The notes beneath the pieces were generated by a model. The model ran no database searches. It saw only the letters and a list, made by a program, of their open reading frames with translations, and was not told the origin of the DNA. Of a DNA stretch of 36,359 bases, positions 22,237 to 33,347 are shown piece after piece (within the stretch, counting starts at the first letter, position 1; each line of letters begins with the position of its first letter). The stretch is from NCBI RefSeq assembly GCF_001194135.2, contig NC_068996.1:38445085-38481443 (forward strand), given 5' to 3'. A program made the position numbers and the translations under genes. The stretch is from Octopus bimaculoides. Lineage: Eukaryota.

Positions 22237-22994
22237 CTGAAACATATTATTAATTAGTACAATCAAGTAGACGAAGGTATTTTTTTGTACAAGTTTAATT
22301 GAAGGAATAGCTTTGATAATTTACACTTAAATTTTTGGTTTCACCCTTATAAATCAGTATCCCATCATCAGTTTCATATGTACTTGTAAAGTAATTTGAC
22401 TCTGTAACTTGACTTTCAAAGACTTTTTTGTGTGAAAAAATCTTTTTTCTTTTTGTTTTTTACATTTCTCATAGACCATGAATATTAAACATTATACAAA
22501 ACTATCATGTTATACACACACATCACTTCTTTCTACTGTACATGTTGCAAAAAAAAAAAGACATAAAAAAATTCTATGAATCATTGATCTGTTAATATTA
22601 GTTCATGTAAGCCCTTAAGACCAAACCAAATTACATTGAAAATATGATATGAAAGTATATATAAGCTGTCAAACATAAAAAAAAATAACAACACCCAAAA
22701 AGCATATGCCAGTTCAGCAAAAGGTAATTAACATATTAAAAAAATGAAAAAAAATTCCCACTGAGTTCAAGAACTGTACTTCATCTATTATAAAAAAAAC
22801 CAATCATTATGTATAAATTTGTTTAAAAAGCAGGCCTTTCTTTTTAAATGATGTAAATAAAATGAAACTCAAATAAAATATGTATTTTTATTGAATTTGT
22901 CTTATTTTTTTATGAAGGTTAAAATTAGTTGCAGCCACAGGTAATATTCTTTAACTCAATCTAAAGAGACACTATATTCTTACAACTTTCACTG

Positions 22995-23375
22995 GACATC
23001 ATCATCAGCATTGTTAAACATCTGTTGTCCATACTGGACATTTTGACAGGTTGGACATTTTGACAGGTAGCTGTCCAGTTTCCAGTTGTCTGTTGTGGCC
23101 CAGTTTCTATGGTTGAATGCCCTTCATAATGCCAACTACTTTACAGAGTGTGCTGGGTACTTTTTTGCATACCACCAGCACAGGTGCATTTATGCAGCAC
23201 TGGCACAAGTGCATTTTATGTGGCACAGCACCTGTAAAGGACACACTTGTGTGTATGGATGACTGCAATTTTACTTAGCTTCTTCTCAAGTCCCTTGTCA
23301 TTTTCTCAGTGAGGCCCAGTATCTGAAGATCCTTTTACACCACTTTGTCCCACGTTTTCCTGGGTTCCCTTCTGC
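22995..23375 (-). mobile_element. RTE LINE 3' end
   Basis: gaatgcccttcataatgccaac; ORF end ...GEPRKTWDKVV*KDLQIL on the minus strand. Confidence 0.75.
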
Positions 23376-24054
23376 ACATTCCCCTAAAAAAGAAAACTAG
23401 TTTGGATTATCAGTCTACTTATCTGAAATGTACTGTGCACCTTTTTGTTTCTTAAATTCTAGAACTCCAGTACCATATCCAGTCAATCATTTCACCCTTG
23501 TCTAACAAGAACTGTAACTTCTCAATGACATAGGCCAGTCACCTTTGTATAACTCTTTTGGAAACATAACTACTTCCAAATCATTGCATTTTATTTCAGT
23601 ATTCATTCTTAAAATTACGATATAATAAAGTTGATAAATTAATGAGCTGCTAATGCTTGAACATAAATTCTTATCTCGCTGCAGGAATTTCAACTTGTTT
23701 TTTTTTAGTAGATCAATTCCACTAAGCTTTGATCCTTTGTACTTGGTACTCAATCAAACAATGAATTAAGTATTCAAAATAGTAGATGTCACATGTCACA
23801 CATTGATATTGGCCAAATGAATTATGGCTTATGTAATAATTTGACCTGATTTTGTTAGTTACAGCTGCAGCAAAAGCAGTTTCTAGAATAAGGAAGAACT
23901 AGAAGAAATTTAGGGAATTGATACTTCTGCTGGTAACCAAAAATATCTCTATGCAAAAGGCAGATATGTCTAAGAGATGTTAAGCTACATAAGATAGGGT
24001 GGCATTATGTTTAAGAAATGTTATGTTACATAAAATAAAGACACCCTTTGAATA

Positions 24055-24340
24055 ACCATGGGATTGCACCTGGAAAGTGACCCTCCAAGGCACAAGTCTG
24101 GGCACAGTTGTTTATGGAAGACCAGCAGTCACCTATGCATACCAGCCTCCCCTCTCCATGCCACCGTTGTTATCCAAGAGAAAGGCACCAGTGATGTCAT
24201 AACTCATTTCTACAGCCGAATGAACTGGAGCAACGTGAAGTAAAGTGTCTTGCTCAAGAACACAACACACAGCTTGGTCCAGGAATTGAACTCACAACCT
24301 GATGATTGTGAGCCCAATGCTCTAACTACTGAGCCATGCA
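24055..24340 (-). mobile_element. tRNA-SINE, family 3 (CORE-like)
   Basis: Minus strand tggctcagtagttagagc A box, gagttcaattcc B box, gtgttcttgagcaagacacttt. Confidence 0.8.
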
Positions 24341-24944
24341 TAGCATTAAATATGGAAAATAATGACATGAGTATGATCCACTGAGTGTGTTATGCTAACA
24401 TGTTTAAAAGGTAATACTCAAACCAACTGAGGGTAGCTGGATATCAAGCCATAGGAAATGACTGCACTTGTATAGACAAGATGCAAATGGATGACAAGTG
24501 CTGCTAGATGAATATATGTTTGGTAAAAGATAGCCATAGAAGAGAAAGACACAAAAAAAAAATCGACCTTATATTGTAGGATCTTTGGCTTGTCATTTCC
24601 TGTCAGGGGGCCTTACTAAAAGTGGTAGAGCATGTAACTGGTTTGTCTACAATTTATATCATTATGAGAGAGGTGAGGAGACAGTTGTTAAAACAGATGA
24701 TATGGAATTGCACAGATTGTAATCCTGGGAAAACAAATAAAGTACACTCTTTCTCAAAAAGAAAAAAAAGAAGTCTACATCGTAATGTAGTAATGCAAGT
24801 TATTTAGATTAGGTTACCCATAATCCATCAGAACTACCATCAAGAGTAGACCAGGCACCCCCCCCCCCCCTCATAATTTTGGTCTTCCAGACAGTACATG
24901 TCTACATTACTTAATAGATTTTTCTGTTTTTAAGATATTAGAAT

Positions 24945-25373
24945 CTTTTCTACTCTTGGCACAAGGCCTGAAATTGGGGGCTGGGGGGCTAGTCGATTAG
25001 ATTGACTCCAGTACACAACTGGTACTTAATTTTTTGACCCCGAAAGGATGAAAGACAAAGTCAACCTCGGTGGAATTTGAATTCAGAATGTGAAGACAGA
25101 TGAAATAGCGCTAAGCATTTCGCCCAGAGTGCTAATGTTTCTTATTTCTTTATTGCCCACAGGGGGCTAAACACAGAGAGGACAAACAAGGACAGACAAA
25201 GGGGTTAAGTCGATTACATTGACCCCAGTGCATAACTGGTACTTAATTTATTGATCCCGAAAGGATGAAAGGCAAAGTTGACCTTGGCAGAATTTGAACT
25301 CAGGATGTAAGAGCAGATGAAATACCGCTAAGCATTTCGCCCAGAGTGGTAACGTTTCTGCCAGCTCGCTGCC
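24945..25373 (-). mobile_element. Heterodimeric tRNA-SINE (family 2), copy 1, with 17-bp TSD
   Basis: TSD ttttaagatattagaat at 24928-24944 and 25374-25390; two gcctttcatcctttcggg-type cores; internal junction at ~25140. Confidence 0.9.
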
Positions 25374-25809
25374 TTTTAAGATATTAGAATGTAAATGCAA
25401 AAAAGTTTGGTTGTCATTTCTGACAGCTTGAGCAATCATGTACAGGATTCATTGTTGGCTCAGCAAATCTAACAGTCATGAAGTGAATAGCATAGCATTA
25501 GGAAGTGGTGATGTGTTGATTGGATGGTTAATACCTAACACACGCATTTCTCACATTAACTTTATCTTTCATATATTCTTTTCTTATTTTGAGGGATGGG
25601 TCTCTTATATTTTGGGGTAGTTGTAGTTTACAGATGTGTGTAGATACATGTTCTCGAGTGAATTTGTTAGATTCTGGCCATAAATTAGGCAGGTAGGGAA
25701 CCAACAAGATATAACCCAGCTGGAAAGTTGATGTTGCAAGAAAACTGGAGAGGTAGGTGAATTGCACTGCAAGCTATTTTGGCTTTCATGCATTCTTTTC
25801 TTTCTATGT

Positions 25810-26465
25810 CACCAAAAATAAGAATCAGTAGTGGTGCCGTCAGACCCTTCTGTAGGGAGAAAGATGTTATCACATGTGTTCAGAAGATCAAGGTGGTGGC
25901 CAGGCTGCAAGCCATTGAAGATCCAGCAGGTCTCATGGCTCTGCTTTGGCACNNNNNNNNNNAATTGAATGGCACTTAAAGGAAACATTCACAGAAGAGA
26001 CATACTGCACCTGCCAAGTTAGGAAAGATGGGGTGGATCGGAGAACAAGTGGATGTATATGTAGCAGTAATTCGTAGGTTGGCCATGCTCTCTGGAATTA
26101 TGAGGGAAGGCTTGGAAAAAGCAGTACAGTTGTCATTTGTGAATGGTTTCTCTGATGAGATATTGGTGCAGCTGCAACAGCTGTCAGGCAGCAAGAAGAT
26201 GTCTATGAGCAAACTTATCATTCAAGCCCATATGTCAATGCAAAACACCAGGCAGAATGCAGTGGCGATGGCAGCTACAGAAGCTTAGAGAGTCAGGTGG
26301 TGATTGATAAGCAACAAGAAGAGAAGAGCCTCTGACCATTTGGAGATCAGTGTTTTAGGTATCAGGGACTGCACATGGCAAGGGATTGTGAAGAGTTGAA
26401 GCCTGAACCCATTTGCCACCGGTGCAAGCAGACAGGACATATCACTAGAAATTGCAGAGTAGTTA
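25810..26465 (+). pseudogene. gag: Gypsy gag with CCHC knuckles (disrupted)
   Basis: RPFCREKDV..KIKVVARLQ; WIGEQVDVYVAVIRRLA; CHRCKQTGHITRNC (CX2CX4HX4C). Confidence 0.85.
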
Positions 26466-26489
26466 CTGCCTCTCTAACTTCCCTACAGG

Positions 26490-28500
26490 CAAGTAGAGGC
26501 ATACATATAGTTGAGGCCTTTGTTGGGGGGAAAGTGTTCAAAACCCTCATGGACATGGGCTGTACAATGGCTTTAGCGACGCCAAAGGTGGCTAAAAAGT
26601 GGGATGGGACGAATAGTGTAAGAGCAATTGATGACAGAGATATTAGTTGTAGAGGAAGCAGTGAAGTGGAGATGACAGTGTGGGGAACAAAACTAAGACT
26701 GTGATCAATCATGTGGTGGATGGAGTTTATGTAACGATGGGCACGGACATGATCAATCACCTAGGAGGAGTCATAGTTTAGTGAAGATGAGGTTACATTT
26801 GGTGGTGCAGGACACCATGCGGTATAAGTTTGCACCAAGAGAATGTGTAAAGCTCCAGAGAGAACTGTATTGCATACACCATTGTAGATAAGGCTTTTCA
26901 GGCTGTGTTAGATGGTCAGCAGTGGATAATTGAGTGGTGCTGAAAAGGGGAGCCCCTGGTCTTGAAGAATAGGGTAAGCAGTTATCAACATAACCAGAAA
27001 GAAGATGCCATGAGTGAGTTTTGAGTGAGAGGTGGAGGGAGGGATGGAAAAGAGCATTTTAATCCCTCGGAAGGAGGAAGTAAAGAGCAGAGTGTTGCTG
27101 CTAGTAGCAGTGGTGCAGCCAATGAAAAGCAAAGTCAGGCTAGTACTGAACTTTTTGGGAGCTGTATTGTGTCACATGAGTGGTGAAATTACCGATGTCT
27201 GCAAAGAGACATTGCAAGAATGGAGATGGATGATAAGGGCGGGCATGATTGTTGACTTGAAGATGGCATATCTGAAGCTGCATATAAGTGAAAAGTTACC
27301 AGAAAAAATCTACTGGTAAGAAATAAGGGCCAGGCATAATGTCTGACCAGGTTGGGTTTCAGGCTGAATTCAGCACCGAAGATCATGGTCTTCAAGTCTA
27401 TACTGGGAAAGGTAGACAAAGTAAAAAAGACCACCAGTCACTATATTGATGACATCTTCGTAGAAGAGATCATGGTGTTGGCAGCAAAGGTCATAGGTCA
27501 GCCAAAGAAGTTTGGGCTAACCACCAGAGGTGATGGTTGGAGGGGGTCAAACTGCAAAGAAACAAGATGTTAGGGAGACTAGTAGGTTACTATCCAATTG
27601 CGGGTGGCTTTGAGCAGTGTGTAGCTATATCAAGACATGAGCAGACATGTTAAGCTGGGGATGGAGGACAAAGCAAGAGAGAGAGGATGGTGGTATGATG
27701 CAGGAGTTCCTAGAGAGGGTAGGAGCAGAAAACCTAGTAAGAGGAAGCTGGTGTGTATCCAAATTAGAGAATGGGACCATATGGTGTGATACTAGCAGCC
27801 TAGTGATAGAGGTTATTCTGGATGGTGGTGTCAAGGTGGAGGATGCTACCTGGCTCAGGCAAACTAACGATTGCAATCACATTAATGTGACCAAATTGAA
27901 TGCAGAGCTGAAGAGAATGAATCTGGTCCTGAGATGGGGGCTGCGTACTATCAAAATGAAAACTGATTTAGCTACTGTACTTGGATGGATGGGATCAGTG
28001 ATCACTGATGAGAGGAGGGTACATACAAATGGGGTGGCAGAGATGTTAATAAAGTGCCACCTAGGAATTCTGGGAGAGCTGGCTGCCAAATTTGGTTTAA
28101 AAGGAATAAGGCAGATATTCTAACCAGGGTGAAGAAAACCCAGTTGGCAGTGCCAGGGGATTTGGAGTTGATGTGACACACTAATGGCAGGGACATATCT
28201 CTTGATGGTCAATTGCAGACCAAGGTAGATGGTGGTGTGGAAGAAAATAAATATGGAGGGGGNNNNNNNNNNNNNNNNNNNNNNNNNNNGGGCAGATGAA
28301 GTTGCACAAATCCTGAATGAGATATTCCTGGAGCAGATACTTGTGGATGAATTGCTTACGGACAATGACACTGCATTCCACTAGGAGGTGCTGAAGGAAA
28401 TGCTTGATAAGTGGAACAGGAACTGCTTCTTCAGAACGGTGTAGAGATTAAATGGAAATGGGATTTTGGAGAGACACCACTGCATGATTATGGTAGAGAG
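26490..28500 (+). pseudogene. pol: Gypsy pol (protease, RT, RNase H, integrase) with frameshifts and stops
   Basis: KTLMDMGC (decayed D-T/S-G protease motif); VDLKMAYL; GFRLNSAPKIM; SHYIDDIFV; IWCDTSS and KTD (RNase H acidic residues); ELLTDNDTAF (integrase core). Confidence 0.85.
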
Positions 28501-29084
28501 AGGACACATTTCACTACTCGAGGAAGTATTCTAGTATATATCACAGAGAGCAATATTCAGACATCTATGCATGGTATCAGCAACCTGTGGACAAAAGAGT
28601 TCCTGCCTTTGTGCAGATAGATGAAGTCTATGGGAAAAGAAATAATAACAGCTGTTAATTCTTGAAATAGTGTGTCAGTGGATGGGAAGCCACAACATGT
28701 CCTGGATGTCTGCAGGATCATCAATTCTTCAGATGACAAAGAAGGATGTGAACAGTGCTTCACCTCTACAGAACTCAGAGCAGGTGAATAGCAAATTTTG
28801 ACAGGATCTTTGAGATCAGAGGGATGTGTGAGAATGAGGTGAACCAGAAGTAAAGGGTCAGTGGCATCAATGGATGAGGGGCCTTATCAGAAGGTAAGAA
28901 GTGAAGGGGGTCACATGAGCAGGAGCAGGACCTGCATGAGTCACTTTTGCTTTGGGTTGGTCATGGTGAATGGATGTGTAGACTAAAGGGAATTTGCTGT
29001 TATGTTCTGGATAACAGCAAATTCCCTATCTGGAGAGTTGATGCTGGAGGGGTAGGTGAATTGCACTTTGTTCCTACAAGATAA

Positions 29085-29570
29085 AAGGCAAAGGCAACTC
29101 TGCCAGAATTTGAACTCTGAATGTAAAGACAGACTAAATGCTGCTAAGCATTTTGTTCACTGTATTAATGACTCTTCTAGCTTGCCACCTTATCTTTAAT
29201 AATATTGGTTTCAAATTTTGGCATAAGGGCCAAAATTTTGGGGAACTAAGTCGATTATATCAGTGCTCTGCAACCCTTTATTCACTTGTGGTACACTTAT
29301 ATTCCATTCAAAATTCAGCAGCACACCTGAACTAAAAATATAACTAAAAGTATAGGGAAAAAAAATTATATTCAGGTTACACTGTGGCACAGCTAGCATC
29401 GTCTCATGGCACATCAGTGTACCATGGCATACCAGTTGCAGGGCACAGGGTTATAGTGACCTCAGTGCTCAATTGATACTTATTTTATCGACTCCCAAAA
29501 AAGGTTGACAAAGTCAATGCTAAACACTTTATCCAGTGTGCTTATGGTTCTGCCAGCTCGCCACCGTATT
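29085..29570 (-). mobile_element. Decayed family-2 SINE monomers
   Basis: ggcagaatttgaactc...gctaagcattttg at ~29100-29155; cttattttatcgac...ttctgccagctcgcc at ~29480-29562. Confidence 0.6.
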
Positions 29571-29585
29571 ATTTTGTGTTATATT

Positions 29586-30002
29586 CTTTTCTACACAAGG
29601 CTGAAATTTTTGGGGAGGGAGCCAATTGATTAGATCGACCCCATTACACAACCGATACTTAATTTATTGACCATGAAAGGATGAACAGCATAGTCGATCT
29701 CGGCAGAATTTCAACTCAGACTGTAAAAACAGATGAAATACCGCTAAGCATTTTGTCCAGCATGCTAACATTTCTTATTTCTTTATTGCCCACATGGGGT
29801 TAAACATAGAGGGGACAAACAAAGAGACCAAGTTGATTACATCAACTCCAGTGCGTAACTGGTACTTAATTTATCGACCCCGAAAGGATGAAAGGCAAAG
29901 TCGACCTTGGCAGAATTTGAACTCAGAACATAGCGGCAGACGAAATACCGCTAAGCATTTCACCCAGCGTGCTAACGTTTCTGCCAGCTCACTCCCTTAT
30001 CT
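29586..30002 (-). mobile_element. Heterodimeric tRNA-SINE, copy 2
   Basis: Same junction (gctaacatttcttatttc, ~29770); flanking direct repeat tgttatatt at 29577-29585 and 30003-30011. Confidence 0.85.
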
Positions 30003-30444
30003 TGTTATATTGACAACATTCTATTGTATTTAAAGAACAATGGTTGGAAACTGATGCAGACTGCAACATTGATAAATTAAGATTTATTAGCAAGGTTCCA
30101 GACCTACCCTTGGATATTTTAATTCTGACAATTTTGTAGAGTTCTTCTGTAATATTGATTTCTTTCATTGGTTCAGGCCATAAATTGTAGGGTAGGGATT
30201 TAGTTAATTAAATCAACTTCAATATATAAACGGGTTATACATTATAGGAACAGACATGGCTGCAGTCTAATGACTGAAACAAGTAAAAGATAAAGATTTA
30301 TTTGCTGAGGTGGTGTGGGTGATGTTTGACTGTAGAGTGGCATAACTGAAACCTATGTAATATACAGTTCTATATTTAAGAGATGAGGAATTATGTACAT
30401 TATTTACATTTTGACAGATATTTGTCCTCATCTTGTTTGTTGTT

Positions 30445-30490
30445 AACACAACATTTCGGCTGATATACCCTCCAGCCTTCTTCAGGTGTC
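30445..30490 (-). ncRNA. Minimal type I hammerhead ribozyme motif (second arm)
   Basis: GACAC-CUGAAGA-A-GGCUG[gaggguauau]CAGCC-GAAA-U-GUU-GUGUU; perfect stem II; C-to-U change breaks the AACGUU palindrome. Confidence 0.6.
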
Positions 30491-30705
30491 TTGGGGAAAT
30501 TTCGAACCTGGGTTCTCATTCCTAAGGTATTATTTGATGTTATTATTATAGTTCGGGTCACTGCTTGGAATCGAACTTGGGGTTAGTAGCCCGCGCTCTT
30601 AACCCCAAGATTCCGAGTTTGATTCCAAGCTGTGACCTGAATAATAATAATAATAATATCGAAAAATACCTTAGGAATGAGAACCCAGGTTCGAAATTTC
30701 CCCAA

Positions 30706-30751
30706 GACACCTGAAGAAGGCTGGAGGGTATATCAGCTGAAACGTTGTGTC
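30706..30751 (+). ncRNA. Minimal type I hammerhead ribozyme motif
   Basis: GACAC-CUGAAGA-A-GGCUG[gaggguauau]CAGCU-GAAA-C-GUU-GUGUC: stem I GACAC/GUGUC, stem II GGCUG/CAGCU, palindromic AACGUU in place of stem III. Confidence 0.7.
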
Positions 30752-30809
30752 AACAACAAACAAGATGAGGACAAATATCCGTTGAATGTAAATATTGTCT
30801 ATGTAATAT

Positions 30810-31135
30810 ATCTTTCACTTGTTTCAGTCACTGGACTGCAGCCATGCTGGAGTACTACCTTGAAGAATTTCAGTCAAACAAATCAACCCCATTATTTTTA
30901 TGTTTTGCAAAATCTGGTACTTATGCTATCAGTCACTTTTTTTTTGTCAGATTGCAAATTTATGGGGATAAAAACAAAACTAACACTGGTTGTCAAGAAG
31001 TGGTGATGATGGTGACAAACACAAACACACACAATGGGCTTCTTTTAATTTCCATCTACCAAATCCATTCAGATGGTTTTTGTCAGCCTAGGGATACTGC
31101 AGAAGATACTTGCCTAAGGTGCAACATAATGAGAT
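30810..31135 (-). mobile_element. Family-1 SINE
   Basis: cttgtttcagtcactggactgcagccatgctggag...ctaccaaatcc...agaagatacttgcctaaggtg. Confidence 0.8.
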
Positions 31136-31139
31136 ATTC

Positions 31140-31497
31140 TTTCATTCTTTTACTTGTTTCATACATTTAATTGTGGCCATGCTGGAGCACCGCCTTTAGT
31201 TGAACAAATCAACCCCAGGACTTAGAATAAGTACTAGGCTTACAAAGACTATCGGCTACTTTTGCTGCACTGCTAAGTTACAGGGACATAAACACACCAG
31301 CATTGGTTATCAAGCAATGGAGGTGAACAAACACAGAAATACATAAATATATATGCTGGGCTTCTTTCAGTTGCCATCTACCAAATCCATTCACAAGGTT
31401 TTGGTCAGTCCAAGGCTATAGTAGAAGACACTTGTCCAGTGGGACTGAGCCTGGGACCATGTGGTTGGGAAGCAAGCTTCTTATCACACAGCCACAC
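31140..31497 (-). mobile_element. Family-1 SINE, tandem with the previous copy
   Basis: ggccatgctggagcaccgcctttag...gggactgagcc...cacacagccac. Confidence 0.85.
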
Positions 31498-31599
31498 ATA
31501 ATTTTTACTTAAATCTCATGGTGCTACTTTAAAAGGCAGTCTACTGCAGTATCTGTACTTTATGCTGTGAAATGACCTGATCTGGGTTAGGATTAGGGC

Positions 31600-32115
31600 T
31601 TAAGGTTAGACTGCATGCTGAAGTGTAAATGGCCAGGTAGATTACACACTGAAGTGGCATCAATCTCTTTATTTTCTGACTTCACACAACTTCCCCACTG
31701 GTACAGGTGCATGTCTTTATTTTTCAAGTCAAGTGATGAGCTTGATGCCATTCATGTTCCAGATATCTGTGCAGGTGACATGAAAAAGACACTTTGCCGG
31801 GGGCACGAAAAAGACCCTTGTGTTAGGGACACATAAAAGACACCTGTGCTAGGGACACGAAAAGACACCTGTACTGGGGACATGAAAAAGACACCTGTGC
31901 TGGGGACACGAAAAAGACCCCTGTGCTGGGGACACGAAAAAGACACCGGTGTTGGTGACATGCAAAAGAAACCTGTGCTGGTGACACAAAAAAAGAGTAC
32001 ACACTGTAAAGTGGTTGGTGTTAGGAAGGGTATCCGGTTATAGACACCAAGCCAAAACAGATGATTGGAGCCTGGTGCAGCTCTCCAGCTTACCAGTTCC
32101 AGTCAAACCATCTAA
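31600..32115 (+). mobile_element. RTE LINE 3' UTR containing a minisatellite
   Basis: Ends gtggttggtgttaggaagggtatcc...ccagttccagtcaaaccatc. Confidence 0.65.
31770..31995 (+). repeat. ~26-bp minisatellite, ~9 copies (ACACCTGTGCTGGGGACACGAAAAAG)
   Basis: Units counted by eye; 25-27 nt each, contiguous, no unique spacers. Confidence 0.9.
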
Positions 32116-33347
32116 CGAATATTAAATGTTTAATATTTGTGGCAATTTGAGATTCTGTGTTCTAGTGTTTAAACAAGCAGAGTTTTTTTTAAATGATTTT
32201 AAAATACTTTACAAAGTAAACATGAGATAAAAACAATAGTTTATTAATTAAAAAGATTTTTATAATTACATTTTAACAATTGGTTTTGAAAAAAAGAAAC
32301 AAAACATATGGTTGTTAAAAACTTGTTATTCTCAAATTTGCAATAAAATGCTTGTAGTACACATAAAAAAACAAACAAACAAAAAAATAATGACCAGTTC
32401 TTATACAATATATTACAAAGGCATAAGGCCTTGAAAGAGTCAACATGATATGTCTTCACTAAGGATGAATGATTAAAAATGTAAATGAAATTGTTTCAAG
32501 TTGAAATTGAAACAAGTTGAAGAGTTGGGAACCATCACACTACAATGATAGTTTATTTACATATGAATGAAGAATGACTTTTTTTTTTAGGGTTTAGAAA
32601 TGAAACTGTTATAGTGAGATGATTTTTCCCAACAGCATGTTAATTAAATGACACACCCATAGTTAAGAACAGAAATTTACCTAATCATTTTTGACTACCA
32701 TACCTCTTTATTCCATTAGTCTTTCAACTTTAACTTAAGCACAATAACTAAAAAAAAAAAGTTTAAAATCATCAATAGATGAAAAGTTTAACCAATCTAC
32801 ATTATAAATTCTAATGTATATTTTTTTCCTCTTCTAAATTATGAGTAAAAAAGATTTTTAGTATACGTCATTAGATGAGGAATGGTTAACTTTATTGTCG
32901 CATCCACTTCCTATTCTCTTTTGTAGTAAGACCCTTCTGCTTTTTGTTTTAATCAGTCACGCCCTCCCACTTTAAATGATTGCCAAGTCTTATATTCTTT
33001 CTCCAGAGAGAGCAAAAATGCTTCTCTTAGCTGGAGTCTGAGCATTTGGCACGTTTTCTATGCAAAGGAAAAGAATATTAAATAAAAGGCAAATTATAGA
33101 TTGAAAAAAAAATAATCATTAAATTATAAATATTGATTTTATCATTGAATGGAGAATAGATAAAACAAGAGATGAAGTTTGCTGAACTAGATATGGTAAT
33201 GTCACATATTATCACTTGCATCATGTATATCAATTATCCTATGGCAAAAACTATTAAAAGTGACCCTTAGTGGAAATGAAGCTTTTTTGTATTTAATTTT
33301 TTTCTTTTTTTTTACACAGATCACAGTTAAATTATGCATGTTTTATG

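Larger units (their letters stand above)
25620..29078 (+). mobile_element. Decayed Ty3/Gypsy LTR retrotransposon
   Basis: Order gag - zinc knuckle - protease - RT (YIDD) - RNase H - integrase; LTR remnants share ctggaragttgatg...ctggagrggtaggtgaattgcact (25720-25768 vs 29030-29067); ends ...ttcctaca. Confidence 0.9.
30345..30798. mobile_element. Fold-back (head-to-head) pair of a tRNA-headed element with a Penelope-like hammerhead tail
   Basis: Arms nearly identical (3 mismatches over ~115 nt, 30665-30779 vs reverse complement of ~30417-30531); tRNA-like head GGTTAAGAGCGCGGGCTACTAACCCCAAG..GTTCGATTCC. Confidence 0.85.

Noticed and set aside
23502-23753. 83-aa minus ORF
   Set aside because: Starts at TTG, has no usable splice context, and a neighbouring frame looks like decayed LINE RT; cannot be supported as a gene
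25779-28763. Multiple long ORFs as host genes
   Set aside because: They are frameshifted fragments of Gypsy gag/pol or their antisense frames
30560-30630. tRNA gene (Ile/Ser-like)
   Set aside because: Only the D-arm to T-arm remnant is present, there is no acceptor stem, and it is fused to an element body; the same applies to all SINE heads in the window
31770-31995. CRISPR-like array
   Set aside because: Units are contiguous with no unique spacers, in a eukaryotic LINE context; it is a minisatellite
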